DNA from: an uncultured delta proteobacterium
GTDB lineage: Bacteria; Myxococcota; Myxococcia; Myxococcales; Myxococcaceae
Direction of reading: 5' to 3'
Length of the DNA: 62,841 bases
Assembly: GCA_963796055.1 (NCBI GenBank)
Contig: CAWCKH010000007.1
Span: forward strand, 1-62,841
Below the pieces are notes generated by a model that was not told the origin of the DNA, did no database searches, and saw only the letters and a program-made list of their open reading frames with translations. Shown here one piece after another: positions 31,148 through 41,095 of this stretch. The position numbers and the translations under genes are program-made. Within the stretch, counting starts at the first letter, position 1; each line of letters opens with the position of its first letter.

Positions 31148-32437
31148 ATGAGGAGCGGTTCCTTGGCGGCGTTGGCGCTGGCCCTCGTTGCGCTCGCGGT
31201 CCCCGGCCGCGCGCAGGACGCGGGAGCTGGCCCGCCTCCGGTCGCCGCCGGGGGACAGGTCGACGGGGGCGCCGGATCGACGCTTCTCGAGGAGATCGAC
31301 GCCGCGGCGAGTGACACCACGCGAGTGCCCGCCGCAACGGCGGTCCCGACCGCCCCGGCCGCGCGCTCCTTTCAGAGCTTCAATCCGGACATCTCGGTCA
31401 TCGTCGACGGGACCGCCGGCTACGCGACCAAGCGCAGCTACAGCCTTGCCGGTGATGACCCGGACCTCAAGGGGGGCTCGTCTGACCGACCAGCGGGCTT
31501 CACCCTGCAAGAGCTGGAGGTCGCCTTCCAGGCGGTGGTGGATCCGTTCTTTCGCGCCGATGTCTTCCTGACCATCCCCAATCTCGAGGGGATCGAGGTC
31601 GAGGAGGCGGTGGTGACCACCACCAGCTTGCCGGCCGGCTTCCAGGTGCGCGCCGGCATTTTTCGTTCAGCGTTCGGCCGACAGAACGGTCAGCACCTGC
31701 ACCTCCAGGATTTCACGCGCCGCCCACTGATCAACGAGGCGTTCCTGGGCGTCGACGGTCTGCGCTCGCCTGGGCTGCAGGTCTCGTGGCTGTTCCCGAC
31801 CTCGTTCTTCCTGCAGCTCAGTGCGGAGGCCTTCAGCGTCGCTCGCCCCGAGGAGGAGACCGGCCACCTGACGAGCTTCGGCGGCGGCAAGCGAACCAAC
31901 CTCACCTACACCACCGAGCTCAAGGTCTTCGTTCCGGTGACCCCGGCGCTGAGCCTCTATGGGGGTCTCAACGCCGCGTTCGGCAAGAGCACCCATCCGC
32001 GCGATGGCGCGTCGACCTCGGTCGAGGGGGTCGACCTCTATCTCAAGTACAAGCCACCGAACGAGGTGAGCGGCTACTTCAGCCTGGCGTGGACGACGGA
32101 GTATTTCCTGCGTCAGGTGCAGCCGCTGACCCCGGAGGAATCGGTCGCCCAGGACGGAGGCCTCTACACCCAGCTGGTCCTCCAGCTGGCGCGGCAGTGG
32201 TATCTGGGGGTGAGACAGGACTTTCTCGGTGTTCCCCAGTCGAGCCTGCAGCCGCGAGTCCAGCGCACCAGCCTGAGCGTCACCTTTGCCACCAGCGAAT
32301 TTGCGCGGATCCGTCTGTATGGTGAACGCGAGACGACGCCGGCGGCCGGGCAATCGATCTTCTCCGGGCCCGAGTGCTATGCGGCGTACCTTCAGCTGGA
32401 AGTGGCGATCGGCGCGCATGGCGCACACCCGTTCTGA
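31148..32437 (+). CDS. Outer-membrane beta-barrel metal-uptake protein
   Basis: Signal peptide; FNPDISVI, VDPFF, FGRQN..HLH, C-terminal GAHGAHPF; inside the metal ABC operon. Confidence 0.8.
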   Translation: MRSGSLAALALALVALAVPGRAQDAGAGPPPVAAGGQVDGGAGSTLLEEIDAAASDTTRVPAATAVPTAPAARSFQSFNPDISVIVDGTAGYATKRSYSLAGDDPDLKGGSSDRPAGFTLQELEVAFQAVVDPFFRADVFLTIPNLEGIEVEEAVVTTTSLPAGFQVRAGIFRSAFGRQNGQHLHLQDFTRRPLINEAFLGVDGLRSPGLQVSWLFPTSFFLQLSAEAFSVARPEEETGHLTSFGGGKRTNLTYTTELKVFVPVTPALSLYGGLNAAFGKSTHPRDGASTSVEGVDLYLKYKPPNEVSGYFSLAWTTEYFLRQVQPLTPEESVAQDGGLYTQLVLQLARQWYLGVRQDFLGVPQSSLQPRVQRTSLSVTFATSEFARIRLYGERETTPAAGQSIFSGPECYAAYLQLEVAIGAHGAHPF

Positions 32438-32475
32438 GCAAGCGGCCGGTCGAACGTTGCCCAGAGGTTTGCCCG

Positions 32476-33405
32476 ATGGTGCGTAGGCTCTCGTTGATGT
32501 CGTGGTTGCTGCTGGGAATGACAGCGCCCGCTTCCGCGCAGGAGAAGCTCCAGGTCGTCACGACCATCGAGACCTTCGCCGACCTTGCGCGGAGGGTGGG
32601 CGGTGATCGGGTGGAGGTTCAGAGCCTGTCGCATGGGTATCAGGATCCGCACTTCGTCGAGGCGAAGCCCAACCTCATGGTGCTCCTGAACCGAGCCGAC
32701 CTGCTGATCCGGGTGGGCCTCCAGCTGGAAATCGGCTGGCTACCCCCGCTGGTCGTGGGCTCGCGCAACGAAAAGATCCAGGGCGGGCAGCAGGGAGACC
32801 TCGATCTCTCGACGGTGATCGATCCGCTCGACGTGCCGGCGACGAAGGTCGATCGTTCCCAGGGTGACATCCACCCGATGGGGAACCCGCACTACTGGTT
32901 GCCGCCGGTGAACGCGGTGCGGTGCGCAAAGGGCATCCGGGACCGACTCCAGCAACTGCGACCGCAGGACAGGGCGTACTTCGACGCGCAGTTCAAACAA
33001 TTCGTCGACGAGCTCAAGGCGAACGCGGTGAAGTGGGAAGCGATCGCCAAACCTCTGGCCGGTCTCAAGATCGTGACCTATCACCAGAGCTGGAGCTACG
33101 TGTCGAAGTGGCTGCACCTCCAGGAGGTGGGTTACATCGAGAATCGTCCTGGAATTCCGCCCTCGCCCGCCCATCTCGCGCAGCTGATCCAGACGATGCG
33201 AACGGAGGGGGTGAAGGTCATCCTGGTCGAGGACTTCTACAACCGCTCGATCGCGGAGAGCGTGGCCGACAAGACGGGGGCAAAGGTCGTGCCCTCACCG
33301 TCCGATGTCGGCGCGACGCCAGCGATCAAGACGTACTTCGACCTGGTCGACGCATTCCTCGATGGTCTGGTTCGCGCGGCTCCCAAGGTCGACCTCGTGC
33401 GCTAA
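32476..33405 (+). CDS. znuA: Metal ABC transporter substrate-binding protein
   Basis: QDPHFVE, GNPHYWL, TYH, PGIPPS. Confidence 0.88.
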   Translation: MVRRLSLMSWLLLGMTAPASAQEKLQVVTTIETFADLARRVGGDRVEVQSLSHGYQDPHFVEAKPNLMVLLNRADLLIRVGLQLEIGWLPPLVVGSRNEKIQGGQQGDLDLSTVIDPLDVPATKVDRSQGDIHPMGNPHYWLPPVNAVRCAKGIRDRLQQLRPQDRAYFDAQFKQFVDELKANAVKWEAIAKPLAGLKIVTYHQSWSYVSKWLHLQEVGYIENRPGIPPSPAHLAQLIQTMRTEGVKVILVEDFYNRSIAESVADKTGAKVVPSPSDVGATPAIKTYFDLVDAFLDGLVRAAPKVDLVR

Positions 33406-33546
33406 CCTAGCTCCGCGACCTCGCTCGGGCGTCGCCAGAGGGCTACCCTCCGAGATCGGAGCGCCAGGCTTCAACCGCCGGAAACGCGCGGGATTCGTCC
33501 TCGGCCGGTTGGCGCCGGCGGATCGAATGCGTAACTCGGACGCGCA

Positions 33547-35226
33547 ATGCGGGTCGTGCTCATCTGCGTGGCGCTCTCGTGTGGGGTCACGGCCTGCTCC
33601 GGCGGGGCGGCGTTCACCGGAAGCCCCGACGATGCAGGCACGGCATCCGTCTCCGACGCCGGCGGGACCGGGTCGGCGGACGGCGGAAGCGCGCCGCCCG
33701 ACGCGGGGCCGGTGCCGGATGGCGGTCCGCCCCCGCCGAGCGACGGCGGCACGGTCGACGCGGGGTCACCGTCGCCACACGACGCCGGAGTGCCGGACGC
33801 GGGACCACTGCCACCCCCCGACGCCGGAGTACCGGACGCGGGACCACTGCCACCCCCCGACGCCGGAGTGCCGGACGCGGGACCACTGCCACCCCCCGAC
33901 GCCGGAGTGCCGGATGCCGGCACGATCGACCTCGGAGAGACCACGTGGTACCCGCTGCTCGACGCCTCGCTCTCCCGATTCTACCGCTGGCTGCCCTCCA
34001 GGGGCCGCAACAACGACCCAGAGCGCGTCTTCAAGATGGAGGGGGACGTCCTCCACATCCTCGGCCTCCCAGAAACGGGAAAGGCGAAGGACTTCGGCTA
34101 TCTCGCCACCTGGGACGAGTTCCACGACTACCGGCTCCGCCTGGAGCAGAAGTGGGGAACGCAGACGTTCCCTCCGCGGAAGAACCAGCCGCGCGACAGC
34201 GGCCTGCTCTACCACCTGCACACGCCGGATCAGATCTGGCCCCGGTGTGTCGAGTTCCAGGTCATGGAGCACAACACGGGCGACACCTGGATGCTCTCCG
34301 GGACCGGTCTGACCACCACCGTCGCAAACCTGGATGCCTCGCCGCCGACGTTCGCGCCGCTGGGCCAGGAGGTGGCCCTCCGCGGCGGACAGGTGATCAA
34401 GTCCGAGGAGCCCGAGTCGCTCACCGGATGGAATGTCCTCGAGCTCATCGCCTCCGGACGGGACTCGGCGCACATCGTGAACGGCCGGCGGGTCAACGCG
34501 GCCACCGACCTCGAGATGGACGACGGCGACGGCTGGAGTCCGCTGAGCGAGGGCCGCTTGGCGCTCCAGGCCGAGGGCGCCGAGGTCTTCTACCGGAACG
34601 TGCAGATGCGGCCACTGCGCTACATGCCTCCGCCGCAGGGCGCGGTGGTGCTGTTCGACGGCTCGAACCTCGCGGCCTGGCAGGCCTCGGACGGTACAGC
34701 GCCCCGGTGGAGGTTGGTGGAAGGGGCCATGGAGGTGGTTCCGGGGACGGGCGATCTCCGGAGCCGGCGGTGGTTCGGGGATGTCCAGGTGCACGTCGAG
34801 TTCCAGGTCCCTCCGTCGAGTCCGGGGGCCGCGGAGCAGGACCGGGGAAACAGCGGCGTGTACCTCCAGGGGCACTATGAGGTGCAGGTCCTGGATTCGT
34901 TCGGCGCCACGCTGTCGGGGGCGAACGACTGCGGGGCAATCTACGGGGTAAGGGACGCCGAGGTGAACGAGTCGTTCCCGCCGGGCATCTGGCAGAGCTA
35001 CGACATCCTGTTCCGCGCGCCGCGCTGGAACGGGACCAGCAAGGTCAGCCCGGCGCGGATCACCGTGGTCTGGAACGGGACCCGGGTGCAGAAGGACGTG
35101 GAGGTCTGGGGGAGCACGACGCTCGGGGATCCCGAGGTTCCCGGTGAGAGCGACGGTCCGCTCCGGCTCCAGGACCACGGCCACCGGGTGCGGTACCGGA
35201 ACATCTGGGTGAAGCGGTGGCAGTGA
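33547..35226 (+). CDS. Secreted protein with two DUF1080 (3-keto-disaccharide hydrolase-like) domains
   Basis: RDSGLLYH..EFQV..LQAEGAEVFYRN and LFDG..RGNSGVY..EVQVLDS..LQDHG..YRNIW. Confidence 0.88.
   Translation: MRVVLICVALSCGVTACSGGAAFTGSPDDAGTASVSDAGGTGSADGGSAPPDAGPVPDGGPPPPSDGGTVDAGSPSPHDAGVPDAGPLPPPDAGVPDAGPLPPPDAGVPDAGPLPPPDAGVPDAGTIDLGETTWYPLLDASLSRFYRWLPSRGRNNDPERVFKMEGDVLHILGLPETGKAKDFGYLATWDEFHDYRLRLEQKWGTQTFPPRKNQPRDSGLLYHLHTPDQIWPRCVEFQVMEHNTGDTWMLSGTGLTTTVANLDASPPTFAPLGQEVALRGGQVIKSEEPESLTGWNVLELIASGRDSAHIVNGRRVNAATDLEMDDGDGWSPLSEGRLALQAEGAEVFYRNVQMRPLRYMPPPQGAVVLFDGSNLAAWQASDGTAPRWRLVEGAMEVVPGTGDLRSRRWFGDVQVHVEFQVPPSSPGAAEQDRGNSGVYLQGHYEVQVLDSFGATLSGANDCGAIYGVRDAEVNESFPPGIWQSYDILFRAPRWNGTSKVSPARITVVWNGTRVQKDVEVWGSTTLGDPEVPGESDGPLRLQDHGHRVRYRNIWVKRWQ
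33781..33921 (+). repeat. 39-bp tandem repeat (about 3.6 copies) encoding DAGVPDAGPLPPP
   Basis: GACGCCGGAGT(G/A)CCGGACGCGGGACCACTGCCACCCCCC at 33781, 33820, 33859, partial copy at 33898. Confidence 0.95.
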
Positions 35227-35522
35227 GGTCGCGTCGTCCCGCCGTGGCCGATCGTCGACATGCTTGCTCCTCTCTTCAAGCCCTCGGAAGCGCATCGAAG
35301 CGGACGGCACCCGGCACGGAACGAAGCTCTCCCGTCTCAGTGATCAGCCAGCTCGCCCACCACCCGGGCAAAACGGGTTTCCCTTCTGGACGGGTCCCAC
35401 GCCGCATCACTACATCGCAGTGCTTCGGCCAGCGGACCGGGTCACCGAATTCGGCGAACGCTCCTGAGCGCTGTCCTTCCAGGGCTTCGGACTGCCACCG
35501 GGGCGGGCCACTCATATCCCTC

Positions 35523-35538
35523 CGGCACGGGTGCTGCT
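35523..35538 (+). promoter_or_regulatory. Putative sigma-54 promoter
   Basis: CGGCACGGGTGCTGCT; implies translation starts at GTG 35604/35607 rather than ATG 35541. Confidence 0.55.
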
Positions 35539-35603
35539 AGATGTCGCTCGCCCCGGGGGTCGCGGTGAAACCGAGTGCACGCAGGTCCAGGCGAGGTGGC
35601 GAG

Positions 35604-36806
35604 GTGGTGGCGAAGAGGACTCGCAACCACCTCGACGATCTGCGCGGGGCGAGCCGCCTGGCGATCGAGGCTACCCGGAGCATCACCAATCTCGTGGAGG
35701 CCATGCACCTCACCATCGGCGGCGGGCCCGCGATTCTCGGCCGGCCGCTCAAGACCCCGACCCGCGTCCTCACCGGCGTGATCTACCGGAGTATCCGTGG
35801 GGTGACGACGCTCGTAGGCACGAGCCTCGACCGCGCGCTCGCGCAGCTCGCGCCGCTCGTCCGTGAAGGCGCGGCCAGCCCCGAGCGGGAGGCCGTGCTC
35901 GCCGTGCTCAACGGCGTCCTCGGTGACTACCTGTCCGCAACGGGCAATCCGCTCGCGATCCAGATGCAGCTGCGCCAGGGCGGCCATCCGCTGCAGCCCG
36001 AGCGTCGGGCGCTGCGCGCGCTCCTTCCAAAGGCCGGCGGCAAGCTCCTTCTCCTCATCCACGGCTCCTGTCTGAACGACCGGAAGTGGCTCCGCCTGGG
36101 GCACGACCACGGCGCTGCGCTCGCCCGCGACCTCGGTTACACGCCGGTCTATCTCCTCTACAACAGTGGCCTGCATATCTCGACCAACGGGCGCGCCTTC
36201 GCGGCGCTGCTCGAGGAGCTGGTCGCCGAGTGGCCGGTTCCGCTCGACGAGGTGGTGATCCTCGGCCACAGCATGGGCGGGCTGGTGGCGCGCAGCGCCT
36301 GCCACTACGGCGAGGTGGCGGCACACCGCTGGCGGCCGAAGCTGGACAAGCTGGTCTGCCTGGGCTCGCCTCACCACGGCGCGCCGCTCGAGCGTGGCGG
36401 TAACTGGATCGACCTGCTGCTCGGCGTGAGCCGGTACAGCGCTCCGCTGGCGCGGCTGGGAAAGATTCGTAGCGCCGGCGTCACCGACATGCGGTTCGGC
36501 CTCGTCCTGGACGAGCACTGGGAAGGCCGCGAGCGGTTCGCGCACGGCGGGGATCCCCGGAGGACGCTGAAGCTGCCAGAGGGCGTCGAGTGTTACGCCA
36601 TCGCCGCGAGCAGGGCACCCGGCCCCCGGCACAGGCTTCCCGGCGACGGCCTGGTCTCGGTGGACAGCGCGCTCGGCCGGCACCGCAAGCCGGAGCTGAC
36701 ACTGGCGTTCCCCGAGGCGCACCAGTGGATCGGCTTCGGGATGGGCCACTTCGAGCTGCTCAACCGGGCCGAGGTATACGCGACGCTCCGGCGCTGGCTC
36801 CACTGA
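35604..36806 (+). CDS. Alpha/beta hydrolase, paralog of 19081..20286
   Basis: LNGVLGD, GHDHG, GHSMGG, LGSPHHGAPLE, GDGLVSV. Confidence 0.9.
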   Translation: MVAKRTRNHLDDLRGASRLAIEATRSITNLVEAMHLTIGGGPAILGRPLKTPTRVLTGVIYRSIRGVTTLVGTSLDRALAQLAPLVREGAASPEREAVLAVLNGVLGDYLSATGNPLAIQMQLRQGGHPLQPERRALRALLPKAGGKLLLLIHGSCLNDRKWLRLGHDHGAALARDLGYTPVYLLYNSGLHISTNGRAFAALLEELVAEWPVPLDEVVILGHSMGGLVARSACHYGEVAAHRWRPKLDKLVCLGSPHHGAPLERGGNWIDLLLGVSRYSAPLARLGKIRSAGVTDMRFGLVLDEHWEGRERFAHGGDPRRTLKLPEGVECYAIAASRAPGPRHRLPGDGLVSVDSALGRHRKPELTLAFPEAHQWIGFGMGHFELLNRAEVYATLRRWLH

Positions 36807-36954
36807 GCCGCAGGCGCCACGGACTCTGCCGGCCTCGCGACCGCGCTCGGCGCTTCACTCCTCGGACCGTCGGGCCATGGCGAGATGCTTTCGCATCTTC
36901 GGCTGACCGCTCGGGTGCGCCGAGCGAAGCGAGGAGTCCTCGAGGGACCACCAC

Positions 36955-39477
36955 TCAACGCTGCCGGAACTGAGCGATGTGGCCCTCGATTTCGCTCCGG
37001 AGGCCGGTGGGCTTCGCTCCGGATGCGACCGGCGGAAGCATCGCCAGCGCCTGCTCCTCCGTCTTCAGGGCCTCGTCGGCCGCTCCGGTCTGGAAGTACG
37101 CCAGGGCCAGGGTGTCGAGGTACACGGGGTTCGCCTGCGCATCCACCGCACGCCGGGCGAATCGCAATGCCTCGGAGGGACGACGCTCGGACTCGGGGAC
37201 ACAGGTCAAGAGCCAGAAGGCATACTCGTTCAGATCGGTCGGACCGGCGGTGGCTCGCTCGGCCTGTGCCTTGAGCAGGGCGAGACCCCGGCGGGTGGAG
37301 GCAGACGCTTCCCCCGCCTTTCCGGCGCGAAGAAGAGTGGGAGAACGGCGAAGCAGCAGGTAGCTGAGCAATGTGCGGATCCGCTGATTGACCGGATCAG
37401 CCACCAGCAGCCCGTCGAAGAGGTCCACTGCCCGTCGATAGGACTCGAGAGCGGCCCAGTCTTCCGAGAGCCCGCCTTGGATGGTCCCCTGCCGGGCAAG
37501 GGCGGTCGCGAGCTCGAGCCGCGCCTCACCATTGGTCGGGTTCTCCGAGCACAGACGTTCCAGCGCCGCGATGGCCTTGCCGTTCACCGCCTGCGCCTCC
37601 CGGGCGTTTCCGGTCAACCGGAGCGCGTTGGCGTAGGCGATCGAGGCCCCGGCCGCGTTCTCCCTGACTCCCACGTCCGCCGAGGGGCTCGCGAGCAGAC
37701 CGTCATAGAGCGCGACGCTCCTCTGACAGCTGCGGAGCGCTCCCTTGCTGTCGCCAAGTGCCATCGAGATCGCGCAGAGACGCTGCGTCGCACGCGCCAC
37801 CACCTTCCGGGTCTCCGGATCCTCCGGGTTGCGCATGAACGAGACGTCACCGGCAGTCACCACCCGGCGGTATACGTCCGCGGCGTCCTTCGATCGGCCG
37901 GTCGCCTGATAGGCGTCGCCGAGTCGCAGCAAGCTCCGACGGTAAGCGAAGCCCTCGGGTGATTGCGGGTCCAGATTCCGCGCCAGCGCCTCACGGATTG
38001 CCGTCGCCTTCTTCGTGCTCTCCAGGCTCGCTCGCACGTCGCCGATGTTCGAGGCGAAGGGGTTCCCCTGGATGTCGCTCATCCTGTCATAGGCGTCCGC
38101 CAGATCGGCCTGCAACGATCGGTCGTTCTCCGAGTCGGCAGCGAGGCGATCGAGGTACTCGAGCCCCTTGCTCACCACCAGCTGCCTCGCAGCCGTGGCC
38201 CCGGCGAGGTTCGCGATGGCGTCGTGGAACTCGAAGACGAAGGACGTGGCGAGCTTTCGGACGTCCTGCAAGCGTCGTTCGGCGGTGCTCCGCTGCACCT
38301 CGGCCTCGTGCCGGGCACGTGCAATGCGCCTCGTCTGGACGGCCATCGTGGCGGCAAAGCCGACCAGCAGCAGCGCCAGGCCCGAGGCGACCGCCGCTCC
38401 GATGCGATGTCTCCGGATGTACTTCTGGATCCGGTAGACCTGGCTCGGCGCCCGGGCCAGAACCGGCTCGTGGCGAAGATGGCGCCCGATGTCGGCAGCC
38501 AGCTCGGACGGGGTCCCGTAGCGACGATCCCGCTCCTTCTCCAGAGCCTTCATGGTGATGGCGTCCAGATCGCCCTCCAGCTGCCGGCGGAGAGAGCGCG
38601 GGTCGCTGGCCCGGCTCTTCGCGGACGCCGTCGCCCCATCCCCAAGGGTCCTCAGCCTGATGCTCGGCCTCGCCGGCTCGATGTCTCGCAGTCTCCGCCG
38701 CAGCTCCTCGTAGCTCGACGACCGCAGTTGCCTCGACTCGAAGGGAAGCTCGCCGGTCAGGAGCTGGTAGAGGATGACGCCGAGCGAGTAGATGTCGGTC
38801 CGGGTGTCGACGTCCTGACCGGTGAGATCCGCCTGCTCCGGGCTCATGTACTCGGGCGTCCCGATGACCGCGCCCAGCTCGGTGAAGAAGGTCCTCTCGG
38901 TGAGCCGGGACCCGGTGGCCTTGGCGATGCCGAAGTCGATGATCTTCGCCCGGGCCTTCCCATCCGAGAGCGAAACCAGGATGTTCGAGGGCTTGAGGTC
39001 CCGGTGGATGATCGCCTTGTGGTGCGCATGCTGGACACCCTCACACAGCTCGATGAACAGCCTGAGCCGCTGCTCGGTGTTCAGGGTGTGGTTATCGCAG
39101 TGGGCGTTGATCGGAATCCCGGCCACGTACTCCATGACGAAGTAAGGCCGGCCCTCGGGTGTGCTTCCCGCGTCGAACACCTTGGCGATGGCGGGGTGAT
39201 CCATGAGCGCCAGTGCCTGCCGCTCGGATTCGAAGCGAGCCACCACCTGCTTGGTGTCCATGCCCGCCTTGATGACCTTGATCGCCACCCGGCGCCTGAC
39301 CGGTTCGAGCTGCTCGGCCAGCCAGACCTCGCCCATCCCGCCCTCGCCGATGATCTGGAGAAGCCGGTACGGCCCGATGCGTCTGGCCGGGTCTCCGTCA
39401 CCGTCGGCGGTGACGGCGCCCTTCAGAGCAACGGTATCCTCGAGACCCGTTGTCGGCCGGTCTGGATCGCCGGACAT
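36955..39477 (-). CDS. Ser/Thr protein kinase with TM helix and TPR-like C-terminus
   Basis: GEGGMG, VAIK, HRDLKPSN, DFG, GTPEYMSPE; TM segment; helical repeats. Confidence 0.95.
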   Translation of the reverse strand: MSGDPDRPTTGLEDTVALKGAVTADGDGDPARRIGPYRLLQIIGEGGMGEVWLAEQLEPVRRRVAIKVIKAGMDTKQVVARFESERQALALMDHPAIAKVFDAGSTPEGRPYFVMEYVAGIPINAHCDNHTLNTEQRLRLFIELCEGVQHAHHKAIIHRDLKPSNILVSLSDGKARAKIIDFGIAKATGSRLTERTFFTELGAVIGTPEYMSPEQADLTGQDVDTRTDIYSLGVILYQLLTGELPFESRQLRSSSYEELRRRLRDIEPARPSIRLRTLGDGATASAKSRASDPRSLRRQLEGDLDAITMKALEKERDRRYGTPSELAADIGRHLRHEPVLARAPSQVYRIQKYIRRHRIGAAVASGLALLLVGFAATMAVQTRRIARARHEAEVQRSTAERRLQDVRKLATSFVFEFHDAIANLAGATAARQLVVSKGLEYLDRLAADSENDRSLQADLADAYDRMSDIQGNPFASNIGDVRASLESTKKATAIREALARNLDPQSPEGFAYRRSLLRLGDAYQATGRSKDAADVYRRVVTAGDVSFMRNPEDPETRKVVARATQRLCAISMALGDSKGALRSCQRSVALYDGLLASPSADVGVRENAAGASIAYANALRLTGNAREAQAVNGKAIAALERLCSENPTNGEARLELATALARQGTIQGGLSEDWAALESYRRAVDLFDGLLVADPVNQRIRTLLSYLLLRRSPTLLRAGKAGEASASTRRGLALLKAQAERATAGPTDLNEYAFWLLTCVPESERRPSEALRFARRAVDAQANPVYLDTLALAYFQTGAADEALKTEEQALAMLPPVASGAKPTGLRSEIEGHIAQFRQR

Positions 39478-39569
39478 CCATTCTCACAGACGCCATCCCG
39501 GGGTCGAAGTCAACGACAGGCGCGTGGTTGCCGTCGACTGGCAAGAAGACTCAGAAAGCAGGCTGCCGG

Positions 39570-39810
39570 CGTGCCGAGGCCATCCACCTTTTCTTCCGAA
39601 TCCTCGCCGAACAGACTCCCGACGCCGATGCCGTCGAGGAGCTGCGTGCGACCCTGACCGAGGCGGCGCCGCTCGGAGTCACCTCGATCCAGGACATGAG
39701 CGACGCCGTGCCACCGGAGCGATGCGTCTCCTTGCTGGCGAAGGACGGACGGGTGGCCTTCATCTCCAACCGGGATGGGCTGCCCGCGCTCTACGTGAGG
39801 GACACCGCCC
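39570..39810 (+). pseudogene. Joined fragments: amidohydrolase-like internal piece plus TolB/PD40-like repeat
   Basis: GVTSIQDMS followed directly by DGRVAFISNRDG..LYV; no start or end context. Confidence 0.4.
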
Positions 39811-40061
39811 GCGGGGGGGGTGCAATATATGCGGTCGGTGGCACGCGCAACTCCACAGTAGCGCAAAGCTTTCATGCGGCTGAAGTGGGCTGTCCTCTCA
39901 AACACAGGCGGCTCGAGGAATGCACCCACCGTCTGTGCTTGGGGCACGCGACCGCTTCGCACCATTGGCATGGCGCGGTGCCTTCATGGCGGACTCGCGT
40001 GTGACTAGCGCGCCCCGTGCTCGCAACTCGCAATCTAGCGAGGGCACGACTGAGGGAAGTC

Positions 40062-40367
40062 ATGTACCGCTTTACTCGTTACGCGACGCTACAGAATGCT
40101 GTCTTTGTGCCGCAGGCCATCGGTTGGTCAACGGAGCTTTGCGGGTACTTCAACAAGACCTACAAGATCCCCTTGAAGGTCGGCGTGGAGTTGTTTGGCG
40201 ACCTTAACCTCCACTGGGAATTCGAGTTGGACAGCCTCGACAAGATGTCGGAGCTGAACAACAAGCTGTTGAGCGACAAGACCTACGTTCAGATGCTCGA
40301 GAAGGGCAAAGACTTCTGGGTAGCCGGTTCCGTCAAGGATCAAGTCGTCAACTTCCTGACACCCTGA
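40062..40367 (+). CDS. Small hypothetical protein (possibly NIPSNAP-like alpha/beta barrel); visibly lower GC
   Basis: GAGGGA RBS; HWEFELDSLDKM..DKTYVQML..FWVAGS pattern. Confidence 0.7.
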   Translation: MYRFTRYATLQNAVFVPQAIGWSTELCGYFNKTYKIPLKVGVELFGDLNLHWEFELDSLDKMSELNNKLLSDKTYVQMLEKGKDFWVAGSVKDQVVNFLTP

Positions 40368-40490
40368 ATTGGTTTTGAGGACGCGTGAGCGAGTGGGGCC
40401 GGCTGTGCAGAGCCCCCCTCCCTCACCGTCCTCGGCCCGGGTCTCCGGTCCCGCCCGTCCACCCTCCGGACCGGCCACGGGGAGGTCCCC

Positions 40491-40928
40491 ATGTTCAAGC
40501 ACATCCTCCTGCCGACGGACGGCTCTCCGCTGTCGGAAGTCGCGATCAAGAAGGGCATGCAGTTCGCCAAGAGCAGCGGCGCCCAGGTCACGGGGATCTA
40601 CGTGATCGACCCCTTCCATCTCTTCTCGACCGGGGGCGAGATGCTCTCCGACTCGAAGGAACGATACGCTGAGGATTCCCGGGCGCATGCCCGGAGCTCT
40701 CTCTCGGTGATCTACGCCGCGGCGAAGGAGAACGGCGTCACCTGCGACTGCATCACCGAGACGAGCTCTCATCCTTACGCGGTGATCGTGGAAACGGCTG
40801 AGAAGAAGGGCTGTGACCTCATCATGATGGCCTCGCACGGACGGCGAGGGATGCAGGCCTTGCTGATCGGGAGTGAGACCACCAAGGTGCTGACCCACAC
40901 CAAGATCCCGGTGCTCGTCCTTCGCTGA
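40491..40928 (+). CDS. Universal stress protein (UspA family)
   Basis: MFKHILLPTDGS, DLIMMASHGRRG, GSETTKVL, PVLVLR. Confidence 0.95.
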   Translation: MFKHILLPTDGSPLSEVAIKKGMQFAKSSGAQVTGIYVIDPFHLFSTGGEMLSDSKERYAEDSRAHARSSLSVIYAAAKENGVTCDCITETSSHPYAVIVETAEKKGCDLIMMASHGRRGMQALLIGSETTKVLTHTKIPVLVLR

Positions 40929-41095
40929 CCTCAGACCGGGGCGCAAATCGGAGCTGGGCCAAGCCGCTCAGGACGGCCCTCTCCGGCTCGCGGACGACGA
41001 CGGGCTACGAGGCTCCAAAGCCCGATCGCGCGCGAAGACGATGGCCTGAGCCCGTGTCGCCGAGCTGTTTCTCGAAGAGCGGCGCATTCTCGCGG

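Noticed and set aside
33781..33921. CRISPR array
   Set aside because: Repeats are contiguous without spacers, in frame within a CDS, and no cas genes are present
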